Shown: in pieces, positions 12,780-22,800 of the stretch
How the letters are laid out: every line of letters starts with the position of its first letter
Numbering within the stretch: position 1 is the stretch's first letter
From: an uncultured Blautia sp.
GTDB lineage: Bacteria > Bacillota > Clostridia > Lachnospirales > Lachnospiraceae
Length of the DNA: 64,000 nt
Assembly: GCA_946622645.1 (NCBI GenBank)
Contig: CAMOQF010000002.1
Span: forward strand, 190 to 64,189
Direction of reading: 5' to 3'
Position numbers and translations under genes: made by a program
The notes under the pieces: model-generated
Seen by the model: the letters and a program-made list of their open reading frames with translations, nothing else
Told to the model about the DNA's origin: nothing
The model's database searches: none

Positions 12780-12808
12780 ATCTTACCGTTAACATAATCA
12801 AAAGTCAA
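12780..12808 (-). promoter_or_regulatory. Sigma-A promoter of the HPr-like gene
   Basis: Minus strand TTGACT (12808-12803), 17 bp, TAAGAT (12785-12780). Confidence 0.65.
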
Positions 12809-12819
12809 GAGGAAGACAA

Positions 12820-14151
12820 ATGAAAGTTAAAGCCGCTCTTCACAACCTGGGCTGCAAAGTGAATGCCTACGAGACCGAAGCCATGCAGCAGATGCTGGAA
12901 AACGCGGGCTTTGAGATCGTGCCTTTTGAACCGGGCGCGGACGTCTATGTGATCAACACCTGCTCGGTCACAAACATTGCGGACAGGAAATCCAGACAGA
13001 TGCTGCACAAGGCCAGGAAGATGAACCCGGACGCCATCGTCGTCGCGACAGGCTGCTATGCTCAGACGGACACGGAACAGCTGTCCCTCGATGAGGGCGT
13101 CGATCTGATCCTCGGCAACAACCGGAAGCAGACGCTGGTCGAGGCTGTAGAGCAGCTTTTACAGTCAAGAAAGAAAACTTCGGATGTGATCGATATCAAT
13201 CACACCTGCGAGTATGAGCCTCTGAACATCCATAAGACCGCCGAGCATGTGCGCGCGTTCATCAAAGTACAGGATGGCTGCAACCAGTTCTGCACCTATT
13301 GCATCATTCCTTACGCAAGGGGCCGGGTCCGGTCGCGCAGTCTGCCGGACATTCTGCAGGAAGTCGCTTCGCTGGCGCGGCGGGGCTATCAGGAGGTGGT
13401 CCTGACCGGGATCCATCTGAGCTCCTACGGTACCGACTTTTCCGGTGAAGATAAAACGGACCTGCTGTCTCTTATCCGCGCTGTACACGGGGTCGAAGGG
13501 ATCCGGAGGATCCGCCTTGGGTCGCTGGAGCCCGGCATCATCACGGAGGAATTTGCAGGCTCCCTCGCGCTTCTTCCCAAGGTCTGTCCGCATTTCCACC
13601 TGTCGCTCCAGAGCGGCTGCGACGCGACCCTGCGCCGGATGAACCGGAAGTACGATACGGCTGCTTACCGGGAAAAATGCGCCATCCTGCGAAAAGCCTT
13701 TCCCGGCTGCGCCCTCACGACCGACGTGATCACCGGCTTCCCCGGGGAGACGGAGGAGGAGTTCGACGTTTCCAGGCGTTTTGTGGAAGAGATGCATTTC
13801 TTCGAGACCCATATTTTCCCCTACTCCAAACGGCGGGGGACCCGCGCGGCTTCGATGGAGGGACAGCTCACCGAGGCGGTCAAAAAGGAGCGCGCGGATG
13901 TTCTGATCCGCCTTTCGGCAGAGAGAGAACGGGAGTATGCAGAAGGGTTTGTCGGAAGAACGGTATCGGTCCTTCTGGAGGAAAAAGTGCTTCTGGAGGG
14001 CAGAGAATGGCTCACGGGCCATTCCCGCGAATATCTGAGAGTGTCAGTGCCGTTTACAGAAGAGCTGGCCGTAAATGATATCATAGATGTGCGTGTGACC
14101 GGTTTTTTAGCAGATAGTCATTGTAATTTAACCGGGAATAGTATAAAATAA
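12820..14151 (+). CDS. mtaB: tRNA t6A37 methylthiotransferase MtaB
   Basis: LGCKVNAYE, INTCSVT, radical SAM GCNQFCTYC, C-terminal TRAM-like domain. Confidence 0.95.
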   Translation: MKVKAALHNLGCKVNAYETEAMQQMLENAGFEIVPFEPGADVYVINTCSVTNIADRKSRQMLHKARKMNPDAIVVATGCYAQTDTEQLSLDEGVDLILGNNRKQTLVEAVEQLLQSRKKTSDVIDINHTCEYEPLNIHKTAEHVRAFIKVQDGCNQFCTYCIIPYARGRVRSRSLPDILQEVASLARRGYQEVVLTGIHLSSYGTDFSGEDKTDLLSLIRAVHGVEGIRRIRLGSLEPGIITEEFAGSLALLPKVCPHFHLSLQSGCDATLRRMNRKYDTAAYREKCAILRKAFPGCALTTDVITGFPGETEEEFDVSRRFVEEMHFFETHIFPYSKRRGTRAASMEGQLTEAVKKERADVLIRLSAEREREYAEGFVGRTVSVLLEEKVLLEGREWLTGHSREYLRVSVPFTEELAVNDIIDVRVTGFLADSHCNLTGNSIK

Positions 14152-14185
14152 AATGGAATATGTAGATCGATCAGAGGAAAAAACA

Positions 14186-14455
14186 ATGGCAGACACAAAT
14201 CTCGGAAACACCCAGTATTTCAATACCAAACCGGAACAGGAGATCCCCGTCAAGGAGGTCCTGGATCTGGTCTATAACGCCATGGAGGAAAAGGGCTACA
14301 ACCCGGTCAGCCAGATCGTCGGCTACATCATGTCCGGGGATCCTACCTACATCACCAGCCATAAAGGCGCCCGCAGCATGATCATGAAGGTGGAGCGCGA
14401 CGAGCTGGTGGAAGAGCTTTTGTACGAATATATCAAAAACAGACCCTGGGAATAA
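14186..14455 (+). CDS. ireB: IreB family regulatory phosphoprotein (UPF0297/DUF965)
   Basis: [27 protein letters not shown]; upstream of ruvX as is typical in Firmicutes. Confidence 0.92.
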   Translation: MADTNLGNTQYFNTKPEQEIPVKEVLDLVYNAMEEKGYNPVSQIVGYIMSGDPTYITSHKGARSMIMKVERDELVEELLYEYIKNRPWE

Positions 14456-14460
14456 GAATC

Positions 14461-14892
14461 ATGCGTATCCTGGGACTTGATTATGGATCGAAGACCGTCG
14501 GGGTGGCCGTGAGCGACCCCCTGGGTCTTACTGCGCAGCCAGTGGAGACCATCTGGCGTGAAAAAGAAAACCATCTGCGGAAGACTCTGGCCAGGATCGA
14601 TCGTCTGGCGGCGGAGTACAAGGCAGAGTCCATTGTGCTGGGCTATCCGAAAAACATGAATAACACAGTCGGGGAGCGGGCTTTGAAATCTCTGGAATTT
14701 GGGCAGATGCTCAAGAGACGGACAGGCCTGCCTGTTGTTATGTGGGATGAAAGACTGACGACCTCCGAGGCGGAGAATATCCTGATCGAAGGTTCGGTGA
14801 GAAGAGAAAACAGAAAACAATATCTGGATACCATGGCTGCGGTGCTTATCCTGCAGGGGTATCTGGACAGCAATAGAAATAAAGGATCATAA
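14461..14892 (+). CDS. ruvX: RuvX/YqgF family nuclease (pre-16S rRNA maturation)
   Basis: [38 protein letters not shown]. Confidence 0.96.
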   Translation: MRILGLDYGSKTVGVAVSDPLGLTAQPVETIWREKENHLRKTLARIDRLAAEYKAESIVLGYPKNMNNTVGERALKSLEFGQMLKRRTGLPVVMWDERLTTSEAENILIEGSVRRENRKQYLDTMAAVLILQGYLDSNRNKGS

Positions 14893-14896
14893 AAAT

Positions 14897-15151
14897 ATGG
14901 ATAAGATCAGCTTTGTCACAGAAGACGGAAATACAGAAGAATTCTACATAGAAGAACAGACCGTGATCGCAGGGACCTCTTATCTGCTGGTCTCTGATTC
15001 GGACGGCGATGAAGCCAACGCCTACATTCTCCGGGACACATCGGACCCGGACAGTCCCGACGCCTGTTATGAAATGGTGGAGGACGAACATGAGCTGGAC
15101 GCCGTCTATAAAGTATTTCAGACTCTTATGGAGGACGCTGATCTTGTGTAA
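14897..15151 (+). CDS. DUF1292 family small acidic protein
   Basis: 84 aa, acidic, immediately after ruvX (conserved Firmicutes order). Confidence 0.8.
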   Translation: MDKISFVTEDGNTEEFYIEEQTVIAGTSYLLVSDSDGDEANAYILRDTSDPDSPDACYEMVEDEHELDAVYKVFQTLMEDADLV

Positions 15152-15169
15152 TGCATGGAGGTGCATTTT

Positions 15170-17161
15170 TTGAGCAACGGCAATATAAATCACAGTAAAA
15201 ATACAGGAAAAACCCGGAATAAGCCGGTCAGAAACAATAAGAATAAAAACACATTTCTGAAAGGGTCTTCCCGAAAAACGGAAGCCGCAGATAAAAAGCC
15301 ATACAAAAAGCCGGAGTCACCGGCCAAAGCGCCGGTCAGAAAACCGGAGGCCAGAAAAACGGAGGTCAGAAAACCGGAGGTCAGAAAACCGGAGACCAGA
15401 AAACCGGAAGTCAGAAAACCGGAAGTCAGAAAACCGGAAGTCAGAAAACCGGCGCCCGCGACGTTTGTCAAAACCCCGGTGCGGTCCGCTTCCAAAAAGA
15501 GCAGAAAACAGGCTTCCCGCCTGAAGATCATCCCGCTTGGCGGTCTGGAACAGATCGGCATGAACATCACCGCCTTCGAGTACGAAGACAGCATCGTGGT
15601 CGTGGACTGCGGCCTGTCCTTCCCGGAGGACGACATGCTGGGCATCGACCTGGTGATCCCGGACGTGACCTACCTGAAAGAAAACATCCACAAAGTCAAG
15701 GGCTTTGTGATCACCCACGGACATGAGGACCACATCGGCGCGCTTCCCTATGTGCTGAAGGAAGTCAACGTCCCCATCTATTCCACCAAGCTGACCCTGG
15801 GCCTCATCACCAACAAGCTGCGTGAGCATAACATGGTCAAGACCACCAAAATGAAGGAGGTCCGCCATGGCCAGGTAATCAACCTGGGCGAGTTTGCCAT
15901 CGAATTCATCAAGACCAACCACAGTATCCAGGACGCTTCGGCCCTGGCCATCTATTCGCCGGTGGGCATCGTGGTCCACACGGGCGACTTTAAGGTGGAC
16001 TACACCCCGGTTTTCGGCGATGCCATCGATCTGCAGCGCCTTGCCGAGATCGGCAAAAAGGGCGTGCTTGCCCTGATGTGCGACAGCACCAACGCCGAAA
16101 GGCCCGGTTTTACCATGTCGGAACGGACCGTCGGCCATGTCTTTGACAATCTTTTCAACGAAAACCGGAATTCCCGGATCATCATCGCGACCTTCGCTTC
16201 CAACGTGGACCGTGTGCAGCAGATCATCAACACGGCTTACCGTTACGGGCGCAAGGTGGCGGTGGAAGGCCGCAGCATGGTCAACATCATCTCCGTCGCT
16301 TCGGAGCTCGGCTATCTGCGCGTGCCTGACCAGACGCTGATCGAGATCGACCAGGTCAAGAATTATCCCGACGACCAGGTGGTGCTGATCACCACCGGCA
16401 GCCAGGGCGAGTCCATGGCCGCGCTTTCACGCATGGCGGCCAGCATCCATAAAAAGATCACCATCAAGCCGAATGACACCATCATCTTCAGCTCCAACCC
16501 CATCCCCGGGAACGAAAAAGCCGTTTCCAAGGTGATCAACGAGCTGTCCATGAAGGGCGCCAAGGTCATCTTCCAGGATGCCCATGTATCGGGCCATGCC
16601 TGCCAGGAGGAGATCAAGCTCATCTATTCTCTGGTACGCCCCCGCTATGCGATTCCCGTGCACGGCGAGTACCGTCATCTGACAGCCCAGGCGCACATCG
16701 CGGAGGATCTTGGCTATGCAAAGGAGAACATCTTTATCCTTTCCTCCGGCAATATCCTGGAGCTGGATGAAAACGGCGCGGAGGTGACAGGCAGCGTGCA
16801 GACCGGAGCCATCTATGTGGACGGGCTGGGCGTCGGCGACGTGGGGAACGTGGTGCTGAGAGACCGGCAGAGACTGGCCGAAGACGGCATCATCATCGTG
16901 GTCATGACGCTGCAGCGCCACAGCAACGTTGTGATGTCCGGACCGGACATTGTCTCCCGCGGCTTTGTCTATGTTAAGGAATCAGAGGATCTGATGGAAC
17001 ATGCCCGTGAGGCGGTCCGGACAGCCCTGGATTCCTGCAGCGATAGAAACATCAATGACTGGAGCCGGATCAAGACGGAGGTGAAGGACGCTCTTTCCAG
17101 CTATGTCTGGAAGACGACCAAAAGAAGCCCCATGATCCTGCCCATCATCATGGAGGCCTGA
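15170..17161 (+). CDS. rnj: Ribonuclease J with a long basic N-terminal extension
   Basis: IIPLGGLEQIGMN, THGHEDHIG, HTGDFK, HVSGHA, PVHGE. Probable TTG start at 15170 after GGAGGTG; ATG 15155 is an alternative. Confidence 0.96.
   Translation: MSNGNINHSKNTGKTRNKPVRNNKNKNTFLKGSSRKTEAADKKPYKKPESPAKAPVRKPEARKTEVRKPEVRKPETRKPEVRKPEVRKPEVRKPAPATFVKTPVRSASKKSRKQASRLKIIPLGGLEQIGMNITAFEYEDSIVVVDCGLSFPEDDMLGIDLVIPDVTYLKENIHKVKGFVITHGHEDHIGALPYVLKEVNVPIYSTKLTLGLITNKLREHNMVKTTKMKEVRHGQVINLGEFAIEFIKTNHSIQDASALAIYSPVGIVVHTGDFKVDYTPVFGDAIDLQRLAEIGKKGVLALMCDSTNAERPGFTMSERTVGHVFDNLFNENRNSRIIIATFASNVDRVQQIINTAYRYGRKVAVEGRSMVNIISVASELGYLRVPDQTLIEIDQVKNYPDDQVVLITTGSQGESMAALSRMAASIHKKITIKPNDTIIFSSNPIPGNEKAVSKVINELSMKGAKVIFQDAHVSGHACQEEIKLIYSLVRPRYAIPVHGEYRHLTAQAHIAEDLGYAKENIFILSSGNILELDENGAEVTGSVQTGAIYVDGLGVGDVGNVVLRDRQRLAEDGIIIVVMTLQRHSNVVMSGPDIVSRGFVYVKESEDLMEHAREAVRTALDSCSDRNINDWSRIKTEVKDALSSYVWKTTKRSPMILPIIMEA
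15338..15457 (+). repeat. 15-bp tandem repeat (about 8 copies) encoding RKPEV-like pentapeptides
   Basis: Units AGAAAACCGGA(A/G)GTC and variants, read directly at 15338, 15353, 15368, 15383, 15398, 15413, 15428 and 15443. Confidence 0.95.
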
Positions 17162-17162
17162 C

Positions 17163-17504
17163 ATGGAACAGATCGACAGATTGACAGAAGAGCTTCTGCA
17201 GGCGATCCTGGACAGCAGCATCTACCGGGAATACGCCGAGCAGGAGGAAAGACTTTCCTCCGATCCCGAGCTTCTTGTCAGAGTCAACCGCTTTCGGGCG
17301 GACAATTTTCTGATGCAGCAGGAAAATCCCCAGGATCTTTTTGCCGTGTCGGAGATCATCGCTGAAAGATCATCGGAGCTTCGCAAGATCCCGGAGGCCA
17401 ACGCCTATCTGGAGGCTGAACTGGCCATGAACAAGCTGATGCAGAGGATCTGCTGCAGGCTGTTTGAAGGGATCGACTATAATGTTCCGGAGGAAATCAA
17501 TTAA
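17163..17504 (+). CDS. YlbF/YmcA (RicAF-like) family regulator
   Basis: 113-aa helical protein; AYLEAELAMNKLMQRI pattern; follows rnj. Confidence 0.75.
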   Translation: MEQIDRLTEELLQAILDSSIYREYAEQEERLSSDPELLVRVNRFRADNFLMQQENPQDLFAVSEIIAERSSELRKIPEANAYLEAELAMNKLMQRICCRLFEGIDYNVPEEIN

Positions 17505-17528
17505 AACAGCTTCGGGAAAGGAGCCGGC

Positions 17529-17933
17529 ATGAGCAACGTAAAGGATAAAGCCGGAAAGGTCGGCCTGGCGCTGGCGGGCGGCGTGTTTCACATCGCATTG
17601 TACGCCTGCGTGCTGGTGCTTCTGTTCTGGCTTGGAAAGACAGCCTATTATTTCGGATATGACGTGTTTAACCAGCAGGCCATGAGCCCGGGCGCGGGAC
17701 AGGAGGTCACCGTCGTCGTCCAGGAGGGGAGTTCCCCCTACAAGATCGGAAAGACCCTGGAAAGCAAAGGCCTGATCCGCAGCGCCTATGTGTTTGTGGT
17801 GCAGGAGCTGCTTTCCAATTATCACGGCAAGCTGCAGGCGGGCACGTATCTTCTGAGCACCGCTTATACGCCCAACCGCATCATGGGCATCATGGCCGGC
17901 GATAAAGAACAGGAAGGGGCCCAGAGCCCGTGA
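17529..17933 (+). CDS. Short MltG/YceG-like membrane protein (N-terminal part only)
   Basis: One TM segment, then VVQEGSSPYKIGKTLESKGLI and LQAGTYLLS, typical of the MltG N-terminal domain; no catalytic domain; located at the usual mltG position before trmR/U32. Confidence 0.7.
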   Translation: MSNVKDKAGKVGLALAGGVFHIALYACVLVLLFWLGKTAYYFGYDVFNQQAMSPGAGQEVTVVVQEGSSPYKIGKTLESKGLIRSAYVFVVQELLSNYHGKLQAGTYLLSTAYTPNRIMGIMAGDKEQEGAQSP

Positions 17934-18571
17934 TCGTCAATGAAAGAATGAAAGATTTTCTGGACTCTTTTGATACAGGAAACACGGCTTTCCTGGAGGA
18001 GCTTGAAAAGCGCTCCCTCCGTGAAAACGTGCCGATCATCAGAAGAGACACCCAGAGACTTCTGAAAACACTCATGGTCCTTGCAGGACCGATGAAGATC
18101 CTGGAGGTGGGGACAGCCGTAGGCTTCTCCACACTTCTTATGTGTGAGGCTGCGCCGGAGGGCGCAAGGATCACCACCATCGAAAATGATCCGTCCCGCT
18201 ATGAAAAGGCCAGAGAGAACGTCTCCGCCGCCGGCCGGGAGGAGCAGATCGATCTTCTGTTCGGCGACGCCGAAGAGATCCTTGCTTCCTTGTCGGGAGA
18301 ATGGGACATGATCTTTCTGGACGCTGCCAAGGCGCAGTATATCCGCTGGCTTCCGGTCCTGAAGGGACTTCTCAGGCCCGGAGGAATGCTGGTGTCCGAC
18401 AACGTGCTGCAGGAAGGCGACCTGACGGAGTCTCATTTCCTGGTGCAGCGGCGCGACCGTACGATCTACAAAAGGATGCGTGAATTTCTGTACGCCGTCA
18501 CACATGATCCGTCGCTTTCTACCGTCATCCTGCCGGTTGGCGACGGGGTGGCCCTGAGTGTAAAACAATAG
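17930..18571 (+). CDS. trmR: O-methyltransferase (TrmR/YrrM-like)
   Basis: ILEVGTAVGFS, IFLDAAK, GGMLVSDNVL, GDGVAL; next to a U32 gene. Confidence 0.8.
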   Translation: MIVNERMKDFLDSFDTGNTAFLEELEKRSLRENVPIIRRDTQRLLKTLMVLAGPMKILEVGTAVGFSTLLMCEAAPEGARITTIENDPSRYEKARENVSAAGREEQIDLLFGDAEEILASLSGEWDMIFLDAAKAQYIRWLPVLKGLLRPGGMLVSDNVLQEGDLTESHFLVQRRDRTIYKRMREFLYAVTHDPSLSTVILPVGDGVALSVKQ

Positions 18572-18638
18572 ATGTCACGCCGCAGGCAGCAGGGCTTTGC
18601 CCGGTCTCTGCCCGCGGGAACAAAGGGAGGACTCTGCC

Positions 18639-19889
18639 ATGAAAAAACCGGAGCTTCTGGTGCCGGCGGGCAGTCTGGAGGTCCTGAAGATCGCCGTGCT
18701 CTACGGAGCGGACGCCGTCTATATCGGCGGGGACGCCTACGGCCTGCGGGCCAAGGCCCGCAACTTTTCTCCCGCCGAGATGAGAGAAGGGATCCGTTTC
18801 GCCCACGAGCATGGCGCAAAAGTCCATGTGACCGTCAACATCCTGGCCCACAACCGGGACCTGGAGGGAGTGGCGGCCTATCTGCAGGAGCTGAAAACGC
18901 TTGCTCCTGACGCGCTGATCATCGCGGATCCGGGCGTCTTTACGCTGGCAAGGCAGATCTGCCCGGAGATCGAGATCCATATCAGCACCCAGGCAAATAA
19001 TACCAATTATGAGACCTGCCTGTTCTGGCACAGCCTCGGAGCCAGAAGGATCGTGATGGCCCGGGAGCTTACGCTCTCCGAGATCCGGGAGATCCGTGAA
19101 AAAGTTCCGGATTCCCTGCAGATCGAAGCCTTTATCCACGGCGCCATGTGCATCTCTTATTCCGGCAGATGTCTTCTCAGCAATTATCTGGCCGGACGGG
19201 ACGCCAACCAGGGAGAATGCACCCACCCCTGCCGCTGGAAATATGCGGTGGTGGAGGAGACGCGCCCCGGTGAATACATGCCCGTGGAGGAGAACGAGCG
19301 CGGCACCTTTATCTTTAATTCCAAGGATCTCTGCATGGTCGACCACATGGAGGATATCCTTTCGGCCGGGATCGACAGCCTGAAGATCGAAGGCCGCATG
19401 AAGACGGCCCTCTACGTCGCGACCGTAGCGCGCACTTACCGCAAGGCGATCGACGAGGCGGCGCAGGATCCTTCGCTCTATCACGCGCACATGGACTGGT
19501 ATCTGGAACAGATCGCCTGCTGCACCAACCGGCAGTTTACCACCGGCTTCTTCTACGGAAAACCGGACCGGGAAAGCCAGATCTATGACAGCAGCACTTA
19601 TATCAAAGACTATGTATATCTGGGGTATGTGGAGGAGGTCCGTCCGGACGGGCTCGTCCGCATCACCCAGCGGAATAAATTCAGTACGGGAGAGACCATC
19701 GAGATCATGAAGCCGGACGGACGCAACGTTGCTGTCCGGGTGCGGTCGATCCATGATCCGGACGGCCGGGAGATGGAGAGCGCTCCCCACGCGCAGCAGA
19801 CCCTGTATGTGGATCTGGGAGCAGACGTCTGTATGTATGATATCCTCCGCCGGAATGACGGCGGCATGGAGGAAGGAAAACAAAGTTGA
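18639..19889 (+). CDS. U32 family protein (TrhP-like tRNA hydroxylation)
   Basis: KPELLVPAG, GADAVYIG, HGAMCISYSGRCLLS, CTHPCRW, LKIEGRMK. Confidence 0.9.
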   Translation: MKKPELLVPAGSLEVLKIAVLYGADAVYIGGDAYGLRAKARNFSPAEMREGIRFAHEHGAKVHVTVNILAHNRDLEGVAAYLQELKTLAPDALIIADPGVFTLARQICPEIEIHISTQANNTNYETCLFWHSLGARRIVMARELTLSEIREIREKVPDSLQIEAFIHGAMCISYSGRCLLSNYLAGRDANQGECTHPCRWKYAVVEETRPGEYMPVEENERGTFIFNSKDLCMVDHMEDILSAGIDSLKIEGRMKTALYVATVARTYRKAIDEAAQDPSLYHAHMDWYLEQIACCTNRQFTTGFFYGKPDRESQIYDSSTYIKDYVYLGYVEEVRPDGLVRITQRNKFSTGETIEIMKPDGRNVAVRVRSIHDPDGREMESAPHAQQTLYVDLGADVCMYDILRRNDGGMEEGKQS

Positions 19890-22800
19890 AAAGAACGATC
19901 GAAGAACTTTGCAGCGGAAAACATGAATATGACGTTCCTGCGCTGATGTTTTCACAGGAAAAGATCGAGGTGACGCTTCCTCCGGGACAGACGACCCAGC
20001 GGGAGCTCTACATCGGTACGGAATCGGACCACCGCATCAGAGGCTATGTGACTTCTTCGGACCGCCGCCTGGTGCCCGGGCTTGAAAGCTTTTCCGGGAC
20101 GACCATCCGCCTTCCCTTCGGGGTCGACGCGGTAGGCCTGCCGAACGGGGAGGTCCGGGAGGAGTGGCTCTGCTTTACCACCAATCTGGGCGAATACCGG
20201 ATCCCGGTCACCATCCGTACGGAAGCGGAGCAGATGAAGACCGCCGGAGGCGAGATCCGTTCTCTGGACGAGTTTGCCGCGCTGGCATCCCGGAATTTCC
20301 GTGAAGCCTACCGGATGTTTACGGAACCGTCGTTCTATGACCTGATCCATGCCCAGGATGAAAAGACCCGGTCCTTGTACGCCGGTCTTTCCGCCCAGCC
20401 CGTCACATACCAGAACCTGGAAGAGTTCCTGGTGGCCTCCGGCAGGAAGGACAAGGTGGAGGTCCAGCTGGGAGAATACCAGAAGGAGATCTTCGAGATC
20501 CAGGAATCCACCCGGGAAAGCCTTCAGATCACCCGGAGCGGCTGGGGGCATCTGCGGATCGACGCGGTGGTGCGCGGGAGCTTTATCGAGCTCGAAAAAC
20601 GCGTCATCACGGACGAGGATTTTATCGGAAGCACCTACAATCTTTCCTACGTGATCCGGAGAGACAGGCTGGGAGAGGGCAACCAGTTCGGCGAGATCCG
20701 CATCATCACGCCTTACCAGGAGCTGGTATGCCAAGTGACGGCTTCCGCCACCATCCGTTCCAACCTGATGCTCCGTATGGAGGAAAAAAAGAGACGGCTC
20801 AACCTGATGCAGGATTATCTGGACTATCGATGCCAGATGGTGGATACGGCCGCGTGGGCGGCCCAGTCCCATTATGAGCTGAACCGTCTGAAGGACGCCG
20901 GGTTTGATTATCCGGAGTATAAAATGTATGAGGTCTACGTGCTGTGGACCGAGGGAAAAAAGGCGGAGGCCTACGATATCCTGCGGGAATATCACAAGGA
21001 GCCCTTCATCAAGGACGACCCGGAGCTCGCAGGGCTCTATCTGTATCTGGCCTTCGAGGCAGGCATCTACAAAGACTCTGAATCGGTGCTCCGAAGGCTG
21101 ACAGGCCTCTATGTGCAGAATGAAAAGAGCTTTCTGCTGCAGGAGATCCTGCTGCACCTGGATCCGGAGCTGATCCGGGTCCCCTCCAAAGCGCTGTATC
21201 ACCTGGAGGAGATCTTTTCGAAGGGCTGCAAGAATCCTCTGATGTATCTGGAAGCATGGGTGCGGATCTGCATGGACGAGAGTCTTCTGCACAGGATCAC
21301 CCCCTTCTGGATCCAGGTGTTCCTGTTTGCCGGGCGGAGAGGGCTCCTGACGGAAGAGCTGACCATGCGCTTCACCTATCTGTCCGGGTATGAAAAAGAA
21401 TTTTCCGAGTGTCTGTACCGCGCCCTGGTCTACGGGTACGAGGCATATCCGTCGGACGAATCCCTGGAGGCCATCTGCCGCTATATCATGACCGGGAACC
21501 CCAGGAAGAAGGAGTATTTCCGCTGGTTCTCCCTCGCGGTGGAGCGGGACATCCGTCTGACAAGAGTGTTCGAGTATTATATGGAGACTGTGGACACTTC
21601 CTACCACAAAGAGCTGCCCAAGTCTCTTCTGATGTATTTCAACTACAACAACAGCAATCTGGGCGATACCAGAAAGGCATATATCTACGCGGATGTCATT
21701 GCGGGCAAGGATCAGGATCCCAAGACCTACAACAGCTACCGCCAGACCATCACGAGCTTTGCCGCCCAGAAGATCCGCGAGGGCAGGATCAGCGAGGACT
21801 ACGCCATTCTCTATCAGGAGTATCTGCGTAAACCGGAAAACCAGGAGGAGGCCCGTATCCTCTCCGGCATCCTGTTCGCGAACCGTCTGTACTGCGACAA
21901 CCCGCGCGTGCGGTGCGTGATCGTCCGTCACAGCCAGCTCACAAAGGAGGAACTGTATCCCTGCGTGCACGGCGTGGCATATCCGCGGATCTACACGGAG
22001 GACGCGGCTGTCCTGTTCCAGGACGACAAACAGCGCCGGTACAGCGCCACCGTGGATTACAATCTGAAAAAACTGATGGATGACCGCGATCTGGTCCCCG
22101 CGATCATCGAAAAAAGATACACCGAGCCGGGACTCCTTTTAAACTACTGCGAATTACACGAGATCACGTCGGAAAATCTGCCGGTCTTCCAGCAGGTGGT
22201 CCAGTCGGATTCCTTTTCCGAGGACTACCAGATGGAGACCCGCCGGAAGATCCTCCGCTGGTACCGTGAGAACATGAAAGGCGCCGAACTCGACATGCTG
22301 CTGAAGCGGCTGGATCACAGGGAATACGCCCTGGTGGACCGCAAAGCCCTTCTGGAGGTCCTGATCGACCGCGGCATGTTCCGCCAGGCTTATCAGATCG
22401 TGGAGGAGTTCGGCTCCGAGGACGTGAGTCCCTCCGATCTGCTGAAGCTGGTGAGCCGCATGATCATCCGCCTGGAGCTTAAGGAGGACGACGAGCTGAC
22501 GGCTCTTTCCTCCAGGATCTTCCGGGGCGGGCTGTACGACGAGATGATCCTCCGGTATCTCATGCTGTACCGGACGGGCCCCATCGATGAGCTCTTTGAG
22601 ATCCGCCGCTGCGCGGTGGGATTCGATCTGGACACCTATGCGTTCGACGAGAGGATCCTGGGTCTTCTGATGCTGACCACCGACTTCCGGAAGGAAGGCG
22701 AAAAGATCCTGGAAAGCTATGTGAGATCCTCCGGCCGCGAGCAGGTCATCAGCGCCTATCTGACCATGCTCTCTTACGGAGCATTTGTAAAAGACTACAG

